Source of the DNA: an uncultured virus (IMG/VR IMGVR_UViG_3300037467_002622)
Lineage: Duplodnaviria > Heunggongvirae > Uroviricota > Caudoviricetes
Direction: 5' to 3' (one strand)
IMG/VR virus record: IMGVR_UViG_3300037467_002622
DNA: 64,000 nt
The notes beneath the pieces were generated by a model, which was not told the DNA's origin, did not search any database, and was given only the letters and a program-made list of their open reading frames with translations. Positions 43,012-53,643 of the stretch are shown one piece after another (the stretch's first letter is position 1; each line of letters begins with the position of its first letter). Both the position numbers and the translations under genes were made by a program.

Positions 43012-43921
43012 GGTTCGATCCGCACCGGAGGAGGAGACCATGGACTACGGCGTCGACCCCGAGCACGACGAGCACCGCCACCGCAGCGACGCGCACTACC
43101 GGCTCTACGACCATCCGACCCTCGGCCCGACGACCATCTGCGTGCAGTGGTTCGACTACCACGACTACATCGACGGCCGGATCATGAGCCCGCGCGCGTA
43201 CGACACCGAGGAGGAGGCCGAGGCGGCGCTGCACGGCGGCACGATGATCGTGCCCACGGCGGACGGCCCGCGCCTCTACGAGTTCCGGCAGGTGGTCGAG
43301 TGAGCTGGGAGATGTTCGCCGCGCCGCTCGGCGACGGCGACTGGACCGGCCTGGGCAGCGAGTGGTACGCGCGGCAGTACGCGAGCGGCTGTCCGGCCGT
43401 GCCCGTCGTGGTGACTGAGGACCCCGAGGGTGACTACCTCGGCTGGATCGAGGAGACCGAAGACAGCCCGCGCAGCACGGGCGAGCCGGAGATGATCCAG
43501 CGCAAGGAGATCTTCTCGATCCAGTTCCCCTACGGTTACAAGGCGGAGGAGGCGGCGGGACGCGGGCGCGCCGTCCGGCTGCGGATCGAGGAGCGCTCGT
43601 GACCGAGGTCGAGAAGATCGCGTGCTCGATGTACGACCACGCGATGTCCCTGCGGGACCCGGAGATCCACGGCTGGCACTGGACGCCGTGGCAGGACCTC
43701 AAGCCCGAGGACCGCGAGCCCTATCTGGAGGCCGCCCACGAGCGTGTCCGCGAACGTGACGCCGTACGCGCGCTCACGAAGCTGCTGGAGGACACCGAGC
43801 GGCGCTGGGACGACAGCCACCCCTCCTACGGCCTGCTGCCAGGCGCCATCGTGCCGATGGGCTACCTCGCCAAAGCCGTGCTCGAAGCCGGGTACCGGCT
43901 CGCCGAACAGGAAGAAGGATC

Positions 43922-44695
43922 ATGACCCCATTCTGGATCGCCCTGGCGGTGGTGCTGTTCCTCGGCACGATCGTCGCCCACGAGGCTGGGCACTACGTCG
44001 CGATGAGGCGCGCGGGCGTTCGCATCGTCTCGGCGGGCATCGGTTTCCCCTTCCCGCCCACCTTCACCGTTTACCGGAAGCGGAACCCGGACGGCACCGT
44101 GACGAAGTTCCAACTGTCGCCCTGGGTACTCGGCGCCTTCGTGCGCGCCGACGACCGCGACGAGAAGCGGATCGACGAGCTGCCCTACCGTCAGTTCACC
44201 TGGATGATGGGCTCCGGTGTGGTGATCAACCTGGTGCTCGGCGCCGTGTTCATCGGCATCGGCGCGCTGATGATCGGCAACTGGACCGGCTTCCTGGTCT
44301 ACCTGGCCGCCGCCACGCTGCTGTGGCTAGGGCGCAGGCTCGTCGCCGCGTACCTGGTGCCGGTGCTCGGGCTGCCCGCGCTCGGGCTGATGCTCTGGGG
44401 CACCGCGCTCGCCGTGGCGGAACACAGCCAGGTTGGCATCCTGGGCACCGCCCGGATGTTCAGCATGGCCGAGAGCGCCTCGCTGGCGTTCGTCCTGGCC
44501 GGGCTGCTCTCGGCTGCGCTCGGCATCCTGAACATGGTCCCGCTGTTCCCCTTCGACGGCGGCCGGATTTTCAGCCGGGTGCTCACCGCCGCCGGGCTCG
44601 GCTCACGCGGGGTGCTGGCCTTCGAGGTGGCGACCTCGGTGCTGGCGGTCGGCACGGTCACCTTCACGCTGCTGACGGACGTCATCTTCGCCTGA
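43922..44695 (+). CDS. M50-family site-2 intramembrane metalloprotease
   Basis: HEAGH in TM1; GIGF; NMVPLFPFDGG. Confidence 0.9.
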   Translation: MTPFWIALAVVLFLGTIVAHEAGHYVAMRRAGVRIVSAGIGFPFPPTFTVYRKRNPDGTVTKFQLSPWVLGAFVRADDRDEKRIDELPYRQFTWMMGSGVVINLVLGAVFIGIGALMIGNWTGFLVYLAAATLLWLGRRLVAAYLVPVLGLPALGLMLWGTALAVAEHSQVGILGTARMFSMAESASLAFVLAGLLSAALGILNMVPLFPFDGGRIFSRVLTAAGLGSRGVLAFEVATSVLAVGTVTFTLLTDVIFA

Positions 44696-44712
44696 TTGCT
44701 CGCCCTGCCGAC

Positions 44713-44745
44713 TTGACCCACACTACCCGTTCAGGTAGTGTGGGT
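44713..44745 (+). promoter_or_regulatory. Promoter/operator copy 21
   Basis: TTGACC-N17-TAGTGT; ACCCACACTACC-CGTTCA-GGTAGTGTGGGT. Confidence 0.9.
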
Positions 44746-46237
44746 CTTGTCAGTTCACCGACCGCACCGGAGGTCACCATGGGAGCCCACTCGGCCAGCT
44801 ACATCCTCGGCCCCGCCTGGGACGGCGTCGGCACATCGCTGGAAGCGGCCGTCGCGGCCACCGTGGCCATCGACGCCGCGAAGTTCTTCGGCGTCGACAT
44901 CCGCGAGTTCAACACGAACGGCCACCAGATCGCGCAACTGCCCAAGGGCCGCGTCGAGGTCATCTGGTACGACGAGATCGACTGGCCGCTGACCTACATC
45001 GCGAGCGAGACCGGCCGGTCGCTGGCCGACGAGCAGGGCTTCACCTACGAGGTCCGCGACGAGTCCTCGCTGGTCGTCATCTACTCGAAGGGGAACTGCT
45101 GATCATGGAACCGCTGCCCGGCTTCTACGCGGAGATGTGGACGCGCTACGCCCTGATGTGGCTCATGATCCGGACGGCGGTGTGATCATGCACGCCATCG
45201 ACCCGAACGACCTGAGCAGCGACACCCTGTGGACGATCATCTGGATCGTCGGCCTGCTGATGGCCATCGCCGTCGGCAGCCTCCTCTACCGAGCGAAGTG
45301 ATCTCCGTGGCCGTCTTCACGTTCGAGGTGGACGTCGTCGAGCACGACGCCATGAAGCGCCCGGCCGACGCGCCGGACCAGCTGTGGGGCGGCCCGTGGT
45401 TCACCCCTGAGGTGATGGTGGTCCAGGTCGAGGCCGACAGTGCCTTCGAAGCCCGGCTGCTGGCCGGACAGATGGGCCACTGCACCCACAGTTTCGCCGA
45501 CCCGTACGTGGTCGGCGTCCGAGACCCCGAGGAGGGGCGATGAGCTTCACCCGCTACACCTTCGAAGACGCCGCCGGACAGCCGTACGGCACGTTCGAGA
45601 CCAGTGACCCCGTCGCGGCACACGACCACGGCCGCGACCACCAGGTCCGGGTGATCGCCAACGAGTACGAGTTCACCGACTCGGAGATGATCGCCGACTA
45701 CACGCCGGGGGCGAGCTGACATGCCTCCCCGCAGCGTCGCGAACCCGCGCGGCCCGGTCATCTCCGCGCTCCGTCGCGCGGCCACAATGGCCGGGCTCGC
45801 GGGCAAGGAGCGCACGGAAGCCTGGTTGCGCTCCTGCGCGGAGATCGTGGCCCGTGAGGGCTACCAGGCCCCGTGGCCGGAGGCGCCCGCGTACAAGGGC
45901 CCTGTGGTCCTCCTCGACTCCCTGGAGGCCAGCCTGGCCATCCTGACTTCGCAGCAGCTCGATCGACTGCGTATGTTCGTCCGGCTGGAGTGCGACCGCC
46001 GTGGACCGGATGGGATGCCCTGATGGCCACCTGCGCGCTCATGCTCTGCGGCGTCCGGTGCTCGTGCGAGGGCACCAACGCGTCTCACCCGACCGTCGAG
46101 GACCAGCACCAGCAGCTGATCGACGACTTGATGGAGGGCGGCGGCATTTCGCGCAAGCACGCGAGCATCGCGGCCGCCCAGCTGACGAAGCACTACTTCA
46201 TCGAGCGCAAGGAGCGCCCGCACCCGCGCCGCCGCTC

Positions 46238-46266
46238 TTGACCAGCACTACCCGATCAGGTAGTGT
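46238..46266 (+). promoter_or_regulatory. Promoter/operator copy 22
   Basis: TTGACC-N17-TAGTGT; CACTACCCGATCAGGTAGTG. Confidence 0.85.
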
Positions 46267-46301
46267 TCGCCCAGCAAGATCCTGCACAGGAAGGGTTTTC
46301 C

Positions 46302-46958
46302 ATGATCCGTGACATCGACTTCAGCGTCCCCACCCGCGACGCGGCCACCGAGCTGATCGCGCTCTGCGAGGCGGCGGGCTGGGCCGTCGACCGCGAGAAG
46401 GACGTCTTCCACTACGAGGAGGGCGTGCCGTTCAGCTACGGCGACGACTTCGACTCCTACATCCCGGAGGCCACCTACACCTCGGTGATCGCGCACAAGA
46501 CCGGCTTCGTCTACGACGAGCTGAGCGAGATCTATGCCAAGGCCGACGAGATCGCCGCGAAGGTCGAGGGCGCCCAGGTCACCGGCGGCGGCACCGCGTT
46601 CGGCGAGGACGAGGCGCCGAAGATCGAGGACGCCCTCGGAGTGCTCGCGGCCGAGCTGGAGGTCGGGGACGTCATCCCGTTCGTCGAGGACGCCCAGCCG
46701 ATCGTGAACTACATCATCTCCCAGGTCGGCGAGGACCTGCCGGGCATGCGCGACCAGGCGATGGAGATCCGCAAGCTGCTCGTCGAGAGCGGCTGGCAGC
46801 CCCCGGCGCCGGTCGAGCAGCCGGACCGCGACGCGCTGGCTGCCATCGTCTACCGGGTGAACAACCCGGCCTACGGCGACTACGGGCACCACGAGGTCAC
46901 CGCCGAGGCGATCCTCCGGGCGGGCTGGACGGCCCCGAAGGCCGAGGTGACCGAGTGA
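46302..46958 (+). CDS. acidic hypothetical protein
   Basis: ORF after promoter copy 22. Confidence 0.7.
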   Translation: MIRDIDFSVPTRDAATELIALCEAAGWAVDREKDVFHYEEGVPFSYGDDFDSYIPEATYTSVIAHKTGFVYDELSEIYAKADEIAAKVEGAQVTGGGTAFGEDEAPKIEDALGVLAAELEVGDVIPFVEDAQPIVNYIISQVGEDLPGMRDQAMEIRKLLVESGWQPPAPVEQPDRDALAAIVYRVNNPAYGDYGHHEVTAEAILRAGWTAPKAEVTE

Positions 46959-47979
46959 TCAACGATGAGGCCACTCGCTGGCTCGGCGAAGAGCTGGCGC
47001 CCGATCCCTCCTACGTCGGTGAAGCGATGAAGGAGGTCACCGAAAAGCTCATCGCGGCCGGGTGGACGCCGCCGCCCCGGGTCTTCCTGGAGGGCGACGA
47101 GATCCCCTGTCACCTGGCCGTGATCAACAACTACGGCGAGGTCAACGCCGACCACACCGACTACGAGGAGGGCGACGGCGAGGTCTACACCGCGAACTAC
47201 GACGTCGTCGAGTTCAACGTGGACTGGGAGGCCGCCATCGAGCGCGAGCGCGAGCGCCGGGGCGTGCCGAACCCCCGGGCGCACCTCGCCGAGGAGGACT
47301 GATCATGGGCTGGTTCGACAAGCTCTACGCGTGGCTCTACGAGCGCCCCGGCGAGGAGCCCGTGCGCGAGCCGATCGACTGCGGTGGCGGCCTGTTCCGG
47401 CTGCCGGACCCCGACCCGAAGTCCGGCAAGACCTTCGACACCCGCACCGACTCGTGGATCACCTTCGAGGAGGCCGCGAAGGCCACGCTCGACCTCTACG
47501 AGGCCGGGCAGTGGTCCGCGCAGGGCGGCACATGCCCGCGCTGCTACGAGGTGACCGTGGACGGCAACGCCGCCTTCCTCGCCGAGTCGCACCCGAACCC
47601 GGCCGCCCGGCGCCGCTGGGCGGCCGCACACGAGGAGCACCAGGCGATGATCGCGGCGCTCGGCGACTGCCGCTGCGGCCAGCACAAGACGCTCTACGAG
47701 GCCGCGCGCGAGGCGCAGATCTTCAACGCGCCGTACCTGGGGCGGATGGGATGAGCGCCCAGATCGTCTACCGGATCCTCAACGCCGACGGCGTGCCGTG
47801 CAACGGCCGTCACGGTGATCCGGACGACAACGCGCTCTACACCAACCCGGTGCGGGCGGATCGCGCCATCCGGATCCTCAACGACCCGGAGTACGCCCCG
47901 CGCGCCCCTCAGCCGAGAGGCCGCCCGTACCGTCGGGACACCGGCCGCATCGCCTGGGGGAACCCGCTGTAAAACGGGG

Positions 47980-48012
47980 TTGCCCCACACTACTCGTTCG
48001 GGTAGTGTGGGG
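47980..48012 (+). promoter_or_regulatory. Promoter/operator copy 23
   Basis: TTGCCC-N17-TAGTGT; CCCCACACTAC..GTAGTGTGGGG. Confidence 0.85.
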
Positions 48013-48041
48013 TTAACACCGAGACCGCACTGGAGGTCAGC

Positions 48042-48614
48042 ATGGCACTCCCCCAGCACCGCCTGCACCCGAGCAACCGCAACGCCCGCGAGGTCGCACG
48101 GTTCCTGGTCCCGCAGATGGAGATGGACCCGCCCTACCAGCGCGACCACGTCTGGACCGTCGAGCAGCGCCGCGAGCTGATCAAGTCCTGGGTCATGGGC
48201 ATCCCGGTCGGCATCGTGATCATCAACCTGCGCGACAACGCGGGCTGGCGTGAGCAGACCGGCGACATCTTCCGGGGCCTGAACGACAAGGTCTACGCCT
48301 GCGTGGACGGCAAACAGCGTATCGAGACCGCGCGCTGGTGGTTCGAGGACCAGCTCCCGGTCCCGGCCGACTGGTTCGAGCCAGAGCACGTCGAGCGGAC
48401 GCGGGACTTCGGCAGTGGCCGGGAGTTCGTCACGTACCGCGATCTGACCCTGCCGCAGCAGCGCCACCAGGGGCACTCGTTCCAGCTCCCCGTGGCCGAG
48501 GCCCAACTGCCCACCGTCGAGGCCGAGGCCGAGCTGTTTCTGCTCGTCAACGGCGGCGGGACGGCGCAGGAGCCCGAGGTCATGGAGCGCGCACGGAAGC
48601 TGGCGGGCCGGTGA
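48042..48614 (+). CDS. stand-alone DUF262 (ParB-like, GmrSD N-terminal) domain protein
   Basis: P.YQRDHVW..Q..LIKS...GIPVG..VDGKQR..F..VN.GGT. Confidence 0.85.
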   Translation: MALPQHRLHPSNRNAREVARFLVPQMEMDPPYQRDHVWTVEQRRELIKSWVMGIPVGIVIINLRDNAGWREQTGDIFRGLNDKVYACVDGKQRIETARWWFEDQLPVPADWFEPEHVERTRDFGSGREFVTYRDLTLPQQRHQGHSFQLPVAEAQLPTVEAEAELFLLVNGGGTAQEPEVMERARKLAGR

Positions 48615-49879
48615 CCTGGCGCAAGCGGCACGACAAGGGCGTGGACTTCTTCATCGACGCGGTGCACGAGCGCGGGATGGAGAGCACCTTCAGCGCGGAC
48701 GAGGTGCTGGATCTCTTCCTGGAGTACCGGAAGCTGGTGGCGCTGTCGCTGCCCCGGCGCATCCAGGCCAGCACCCCGTTCAGCCGCCCGTGCTACGACA
48801 AGCCGCACCGGTGCCCGGGATGGGCAGGCGGCGCCTGGATGCGGGCGCGGGTGTCCCGCTGCGACTCCGGCTCGCTGGGACGTACAAGCTACCGGCGCCG
48901 GTACTGGCTCGGCGCGCGCTGCCCCGCCTGCGGGCTCTACGTGCTTCCGATCGTCACCCGCTGGCTCGACCCCACTTGGATCTGGTGGGCGATCCGGCAC
49001 CCCAGGCGTCCAATGTGGACGTACTGGTTCAGCCTTCGCTACGTCCGACGACGCTGGAGGAACCGATAATGTCGATCATCGATGTCCTGGAGCAGGACAC
49101 GCGCTGGCTGGGTCAGGACGGCTTCCCATACCTGATCAGCGAGATGGAGCAGTCGCACCGGATCAACGTGCTGCGCTTCCTGGAGCGCCGCGCCGAGCAG
49201 CTCTACCGACAGAAGGCCTGGCGGGACGAGCGGATCCTGGCCGGGGCGCCGGACGAGGTCTGGGGCGAGTACGAGCGCCAGCGCTTGCTCCCGCAGGACC
49301 CGATGCGGTGGTTGGCGAGCACGCCGTGCGTGCGGGCACTCATGGCGGCCGCGCTGAAGGACGGCTCGATCCCGCCGGACCTGCTGGAGATCGAGGGATG
49401 ACCGTCCCCTACGGCCAGTTCTTCGGCATGCCGGTGTGGCGGCCGGACGCCATCGGCATCGAGCGCTGGCAGCTGGTGCACGGCGACTGCCCGCGCAAGG
49501 GCGAGAACGCGGTGCTCGGCGAGTCCATCGGCTACCTGCCGCTGAACCAGCTGATCGAGGCGGCCGAGGAGCACTGGGCGGCCCTGCACGAGACGGGGCG
49601 GCTCCCGCGCATCCCGGACGGCAAGTACCACTTCCGCCGGGAGCCGCCGAGGTTCATCCGGATGCCCGCCTTCGGCTCGGGCTGGTTCCTGATGGGGATG
49701 TCCGGCGACCTCCCCCTCGGCGAGGAAATCGAGGTCACGCGCTTCAGCGACCTGGACAAATCGCGGGTGCTGATCACCGAGGAGGTGGCCGAGCGCGTGG
49801 TCAAGCACCGAGCGAACAGCTACCTGGGGCCGGGCGAGACGCGCTTCGTTCTGGTCCGCTTCGAGCCGGTGGTGGACGA

Positions 49880-50383
49880 ATGAGGATCATGGTGGAGGAG
49901 CGCTTCTGGGCGAAGGTGGCTCAGGGCGACCCTGACGCTTGCTGGCCCTGGACGGCCGCGATTTTCAAGAAGACGGGGTACGGCCAGTTCCACTATCAGG
50001 GGCGACCCCAGGGGGCGCACCGCGTTGCCTGGATGCTCGCCAACGGCGAGGAACTGCCGTCCGAGATCGACGTCCGGCACAGCTGCGACAACCGGCCGTG
50101 CTGCAACCCTGCGCACCTCTCCAAGGGCACGCGGGAGGACAACATGCAGGACGCGGTGCAACGCGGGCGGATGTCCCGTGGCGCCGCGCACTCAGTTTCG
50201 TTCGTTCCCGCCAGGGGCGAACGGAACGGAAACAGCCGCCTCACCCAGGCCCAGGTCGACGAGATCCGGCGTCGGGGCGGCACCATCTCTCAGCGCGCAC
50301 TCGCCGCTGAGTTCGGCGTGTCCCACAGGTCGATCGGGAAGATCCTGATCGGCCAGATGTGGGCACCGGTTAAGGAGGACTGA
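49880..50383 (+). CDS. HNH endonuclease with C-terminal HTH
   Basis: RFWAKV..CWPW..GYGQF..AHRVAW..HSCDNRPCCNPAHL..GT..DN..D. Confidence 0.95.
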   Translation: MRIMVEERFWAKVAQGDPDACWPWTAAIFKKTGYGQFHYQGRPQGAHRVAWMLANGEELPSEIDVRHSCDNRPCCNPAHLSKGTREDNMQDAVQRGRMSRGAAHSVSFVPARGERNGNSRLTQAQVDEIRRRGGTISQRALAAEFGVSHRSIGKILIGQMWAPVKED

Positions 50384-50386
50384 GCT

Positions 50387-50872
50387 ATCGGCACGAGAGC
50401 GGATTTCTACGTGGGGCGCGGCCCCGAGGCCGAGTGGCTCGGCTCGATCAGCTGGGACGGCTACCCGGCGGGGGTCGACGACGCGGTCTTCTACCCCACG
50501 ACCGAGCACGAGTACCGGGTGGCGGTGACGAACTTCCTCGCCTCGCGCGACGACCGGACACTGCCCACCGAGCCGTGGCCCTGGCCGTGGGAGGACTCGC
50601 GCACGACGGACTACGCCTACGCGTACGAGAACGGCAAGGTCTACGGCTCCAGCTTCGGCTACGCCTGGTTCGAGGTGGACCCGAACGCGGAGAACGGCGG
50701 CGAGCCGGAGGAGCGCGAGAGCGACGAGAAGGTGGCCGTCTTCCCGAACATGTCCGGGCGGATGGGCTCGACGAACCACATCATGGCCAAGTCCGGCATG
50801 ATCGTCGTGCAGACCGACGCGGACGGCCAGACCTCGGTCCTCACCGGGAAGGACTTCCCGGCGGACGCCTGA
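50387..50872 (+). CDS. hypothetical phage protein (probable ATC start, xGTRADFYVGRG)
   Basis: AAGGAGGA RBS 7 nt before in-frame ATC; WLGSISWDGYP, WPWPWEDSRTTDYAY. Confidence 0.7.
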   Translation: MGTRADFYVGRGPEAEWLGSISWDGYPAGVDDAVFYPTTEHEYRVAVTNFLASRDDRTLPTEPWPWPWEDSRTTDYAYAYENGKVYGSSFGYAWFEVDPNAENGGEPEERESDEKVAVFPNMSGRMGSTNHIMAKSGMIVVQTDADGQTSVLTGKDFPADA

Positions 50873-51396
50873 TCGCCTGCGGTCCGGCGGCATTATGCGC
50901 CCAACTGGCGAAGGCCGCCGGACCAAGGAGATCAGATGACCGCGCTGGGTGATCACGCGCAAGCCGAGCTGGCGCACATCGGCGCCCCCGACGAGATCAA
51001 GTTCCCGTTGATCGACATGGTGGGCACTTTCGCGGACCTCGCCGAAGCGGATCAGCCCCTCGCCCGGGAGTACCTGGACAAGCTGCTCTCTTTCGGCCCG
51101 CTCTCGGCCCTGACGAACAACCCGGCCGAGTGGAACACCTTGCAGATGGGCGACGCCACGGTCTGGCAGAGCACGCGCTGGCCGGACGCCTGGAGCAAGG
51201 ACCCGAACCACAACACGTACTTCTTGATCTCGGAGCTGTCCACCGACGGTACGCTCCAGCTTCACCCGACCGAGCCGTACACCCCGTAGGAGATCCATGT
51301 CCCCGACCGGGCTGCGCATCGCGCGCGCCTTCGTCGGCAGCGCCGCCGCCATCGTGTTCCTCGCGACAGCGGCGGCGTACTGCTTTCTGTGACCGG

Positions 51397-51426
51397 TTGA
51401 CCCTACCCATCCGGGTAGGGTAACCT
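51397..51426 (+). promoter_or_regulatory. Promoter/operator copy 24
   Basis: TTGACC-N18-TAACCT; ACCCTACCC-ATCC-GGGTAGGGT. Confidence 0.85.
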
Positions 51427-52298
51427 GGAATTTCACCGACCGCATCGGAGGTCCGATCATGATCCTTCTGCCCGAGACCGAAGCCGAGAAGAGGGCGCGC
51501 GAGCAGCAGACCCAGCGCGAGCTGAGCAAGGCGCTCAAGGACGCGAGGAAGAGGAACTGATGCCCGAACGCGAGTTCCCGACCTGCGAGCACGACGACGA
51601 GCCCGTGCACGAACGCGCCTGCTGGCCCGTCGAGTACAACCCCGAGGAGGCGCACGCTTCCACCTACGTCTGCGAGAAGCCGGGCTGCAAGGAAGAGGCG
51701 GCCGCCTGGGTGCTCGCCGTTACCGGCCACGAGGCCGTCATCGTCCCCCTGGGAGGGCAATCATGACCGAAGAAGAGCGAGAAACCCTGCGGGTGCAGCG
51801 CTACCTGGACGCCGTCCGGGCCGAGGCCTGGAGCGAGCATCTCTACCCGCGTACCGCCGTTGGCGAGTTCGCCGAACCGCCGCTGGACTCCGGCTTCGTG
51901 CGCACCGTCGCCGTCTACGAGCGCGAGCTGCGCGACAAGATGGAGCTGGGCGACGCGATCGTCCTGGGCTCCAGCAAGACCCTCCGGGTCATGAGCGAGG
52001 CGCGCGACATCGCCTACGAGATGCTGGACCAGCTGTCCAGCCCGTGCCCCGAGCGCGAAGACGTCCAGCGCATCATCGCCAAGCTGGACGAGGTGCTCGG
52101 GCCGGACCTGGTCCGCGAGGCGGATCCGGGTGGCCTGGTGCTCAAGCCGCTGTCGTCCGACGAGCGCAGGAAGATCTTGGACAGGGTCCAGAAGATGGCC
52201 GAGGAGCGCGGCGCGCAGCCCTCGACGATCATCATCGTCGAGGACGAGATGGGCCCGATCCTGGAGCGTGTCCGGCAGCGGCGCCAGGAGGCGGGCGA

Positions 52299-52760
52299 AT
52301 GAGCTGGGACCCCGAGATGATCGCCGCGCACGAGCTGGGGCACCTCGTCGTGCTCAAGAACCAGGGCCACGACAGTGAGGGCATCCGGCTGATGACCTCC
52401 TGGTGGTCGGGCGACGTCGTCGCTGGTTACTGCGACCTGCGGGGCTTCATGCACCCGACACCGGGCGACAACCCGGAGCCGGGCGGCTGGGACCTCTACC
52501 GGGGGATGCTGGTGATGACCGCCGCCGGTCAGGCCGCGTCCGAACACTGGTTCCAGCTGCACGGCGAGCCGGTGCAGTTCACCGCCGGATCGGACTACGC
52601 GATGTTCGTCGAGGACGCCGTGCTCATGCCGAACGCGCCGAGCTGGGACCAGGCGAAGGAGGAGGCGCGGCAGATCATCGTGCCGCGCTGGGACGAGATC
52701 GTCGAGCTGATCCCCGGGCTGATCGAGAATCGGCGGCTGTCCGGCGGGAAGGTGGCCTGA
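52299..52760 (+). CDS. zinc metallopeptidase-like protein (HExxH, M41/M50-like)
   Basis: AAHELGHLVV..AAG.ASE..GSD. Confidence 0.7.
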   Translation: MSWDPEMIAAHELGHLVVLKNQGHDSEGIRLMTSWWSGDVVAGYCDLRGFMHPTPGDNPEPGGWDLYRGMLVMTAAGQAASEHWFQLHGEPVQFTAGSDYAMFVEDAVLMPNAPSWDQAKEEARQIIVPRWDEIVELIPGLIENRRLSGGKVA

Positions 52761-53131
52761 TGGACCTGTTCACCTTCGGCAGCCCGGAGGCTGTGGAGGC
52801 TCTCGTCCACGCGATCGACAGTGATCGCGCCGCCGTTCATCACTTCACCGGCTGCGAGGGCTGCCGCCAGAGCATGGTCGACGCCCTGGAGACCGCCTAC
52901 TTCCTCGGCTGGGGCTGGGGCGAGGAGTACACCGGCATCTCCATCCACGAGTCGGCCCGGTGGGCGGAGTACTTCGGCGACATGGATCTCACCACCAACC
53001 AGTTGATCGGCTTGATCTACGCGCTGCGGCAGGCGATGGAGCTGGGCGACGAGTGGGCCGGGAGCTGGCTGTCCGGCCTGGCCGAGCAGTACGAAATGGA
53101 ATGGGTCTGACCGTCCACATCGGAGGATGAC

Positions 53132-53530
53132 ATGGGCAACTACAGCTCCCTGGATGGGCGCATCGAGATCGACCCGCCGCTGCCCTGGAGCGCGGTCGCC
53201 GAGACCGACTACGTCGGCGACATCGGCGCACTGCGGGGCGTCTGGTTCGAGCTGGACGTGAAGTCGCGCTGGGAGGGCGACGACGAGATCGTCACGCGCC
53301 GGGCTGTGGCCGTCGTCGGCGAGGAGGAGAGTCGGAAGCACTACGAGCTGGAGGACCACCTGCGCGAGATCGCCGAGCTGATCGGGCCGGACCGGGACAC
53401 CGTCGGCTGGCTGATCCGCGAGGGCGATGAGCAGGGCGACATCCAGCGCTACGGCATCCGGCGCGGCAAGCTGGTCACCGAGAAGGCCGACGTCCGCTGG
53501 CCGGACGGCTCGCTGGTCTACCGCAACTGA
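53132..53530 (+). CDS. DUF6205-like hypothetical protein
   Basis: MG..S..GRIEIDPPL.W..GDEQGD. Confidence 0.6.
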   Translation: MGNYSSLDGRIEIDPPLPWSAVAETDYVGDIGALRGVWFELDVKSRWEGDDEIVTRRAVAVVGEEESRKHYELEDHLREIAELIGPDRDTVGWLIREGDEQGDIQRYGIRRGKLVTEKADVRWPDGSLVYRN

Positions 53531-53643
53531 CCCTGAACACAACGAACCCCCGCGCGGAGAGCACTGTCCTAGGGAGACAGATCCGGCGGGGGTTCGCTGC
53601 GTAGAAGCGGGCCCCTAACCCACGCAGGTCAGGGTACCTCGGG

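Noticed and set aside
49880..50383. HNH within a group I intron or intein
   Set aside because: Free-standing ORF coupled to intact neighbours; no flanking intron structure or split host gene seen
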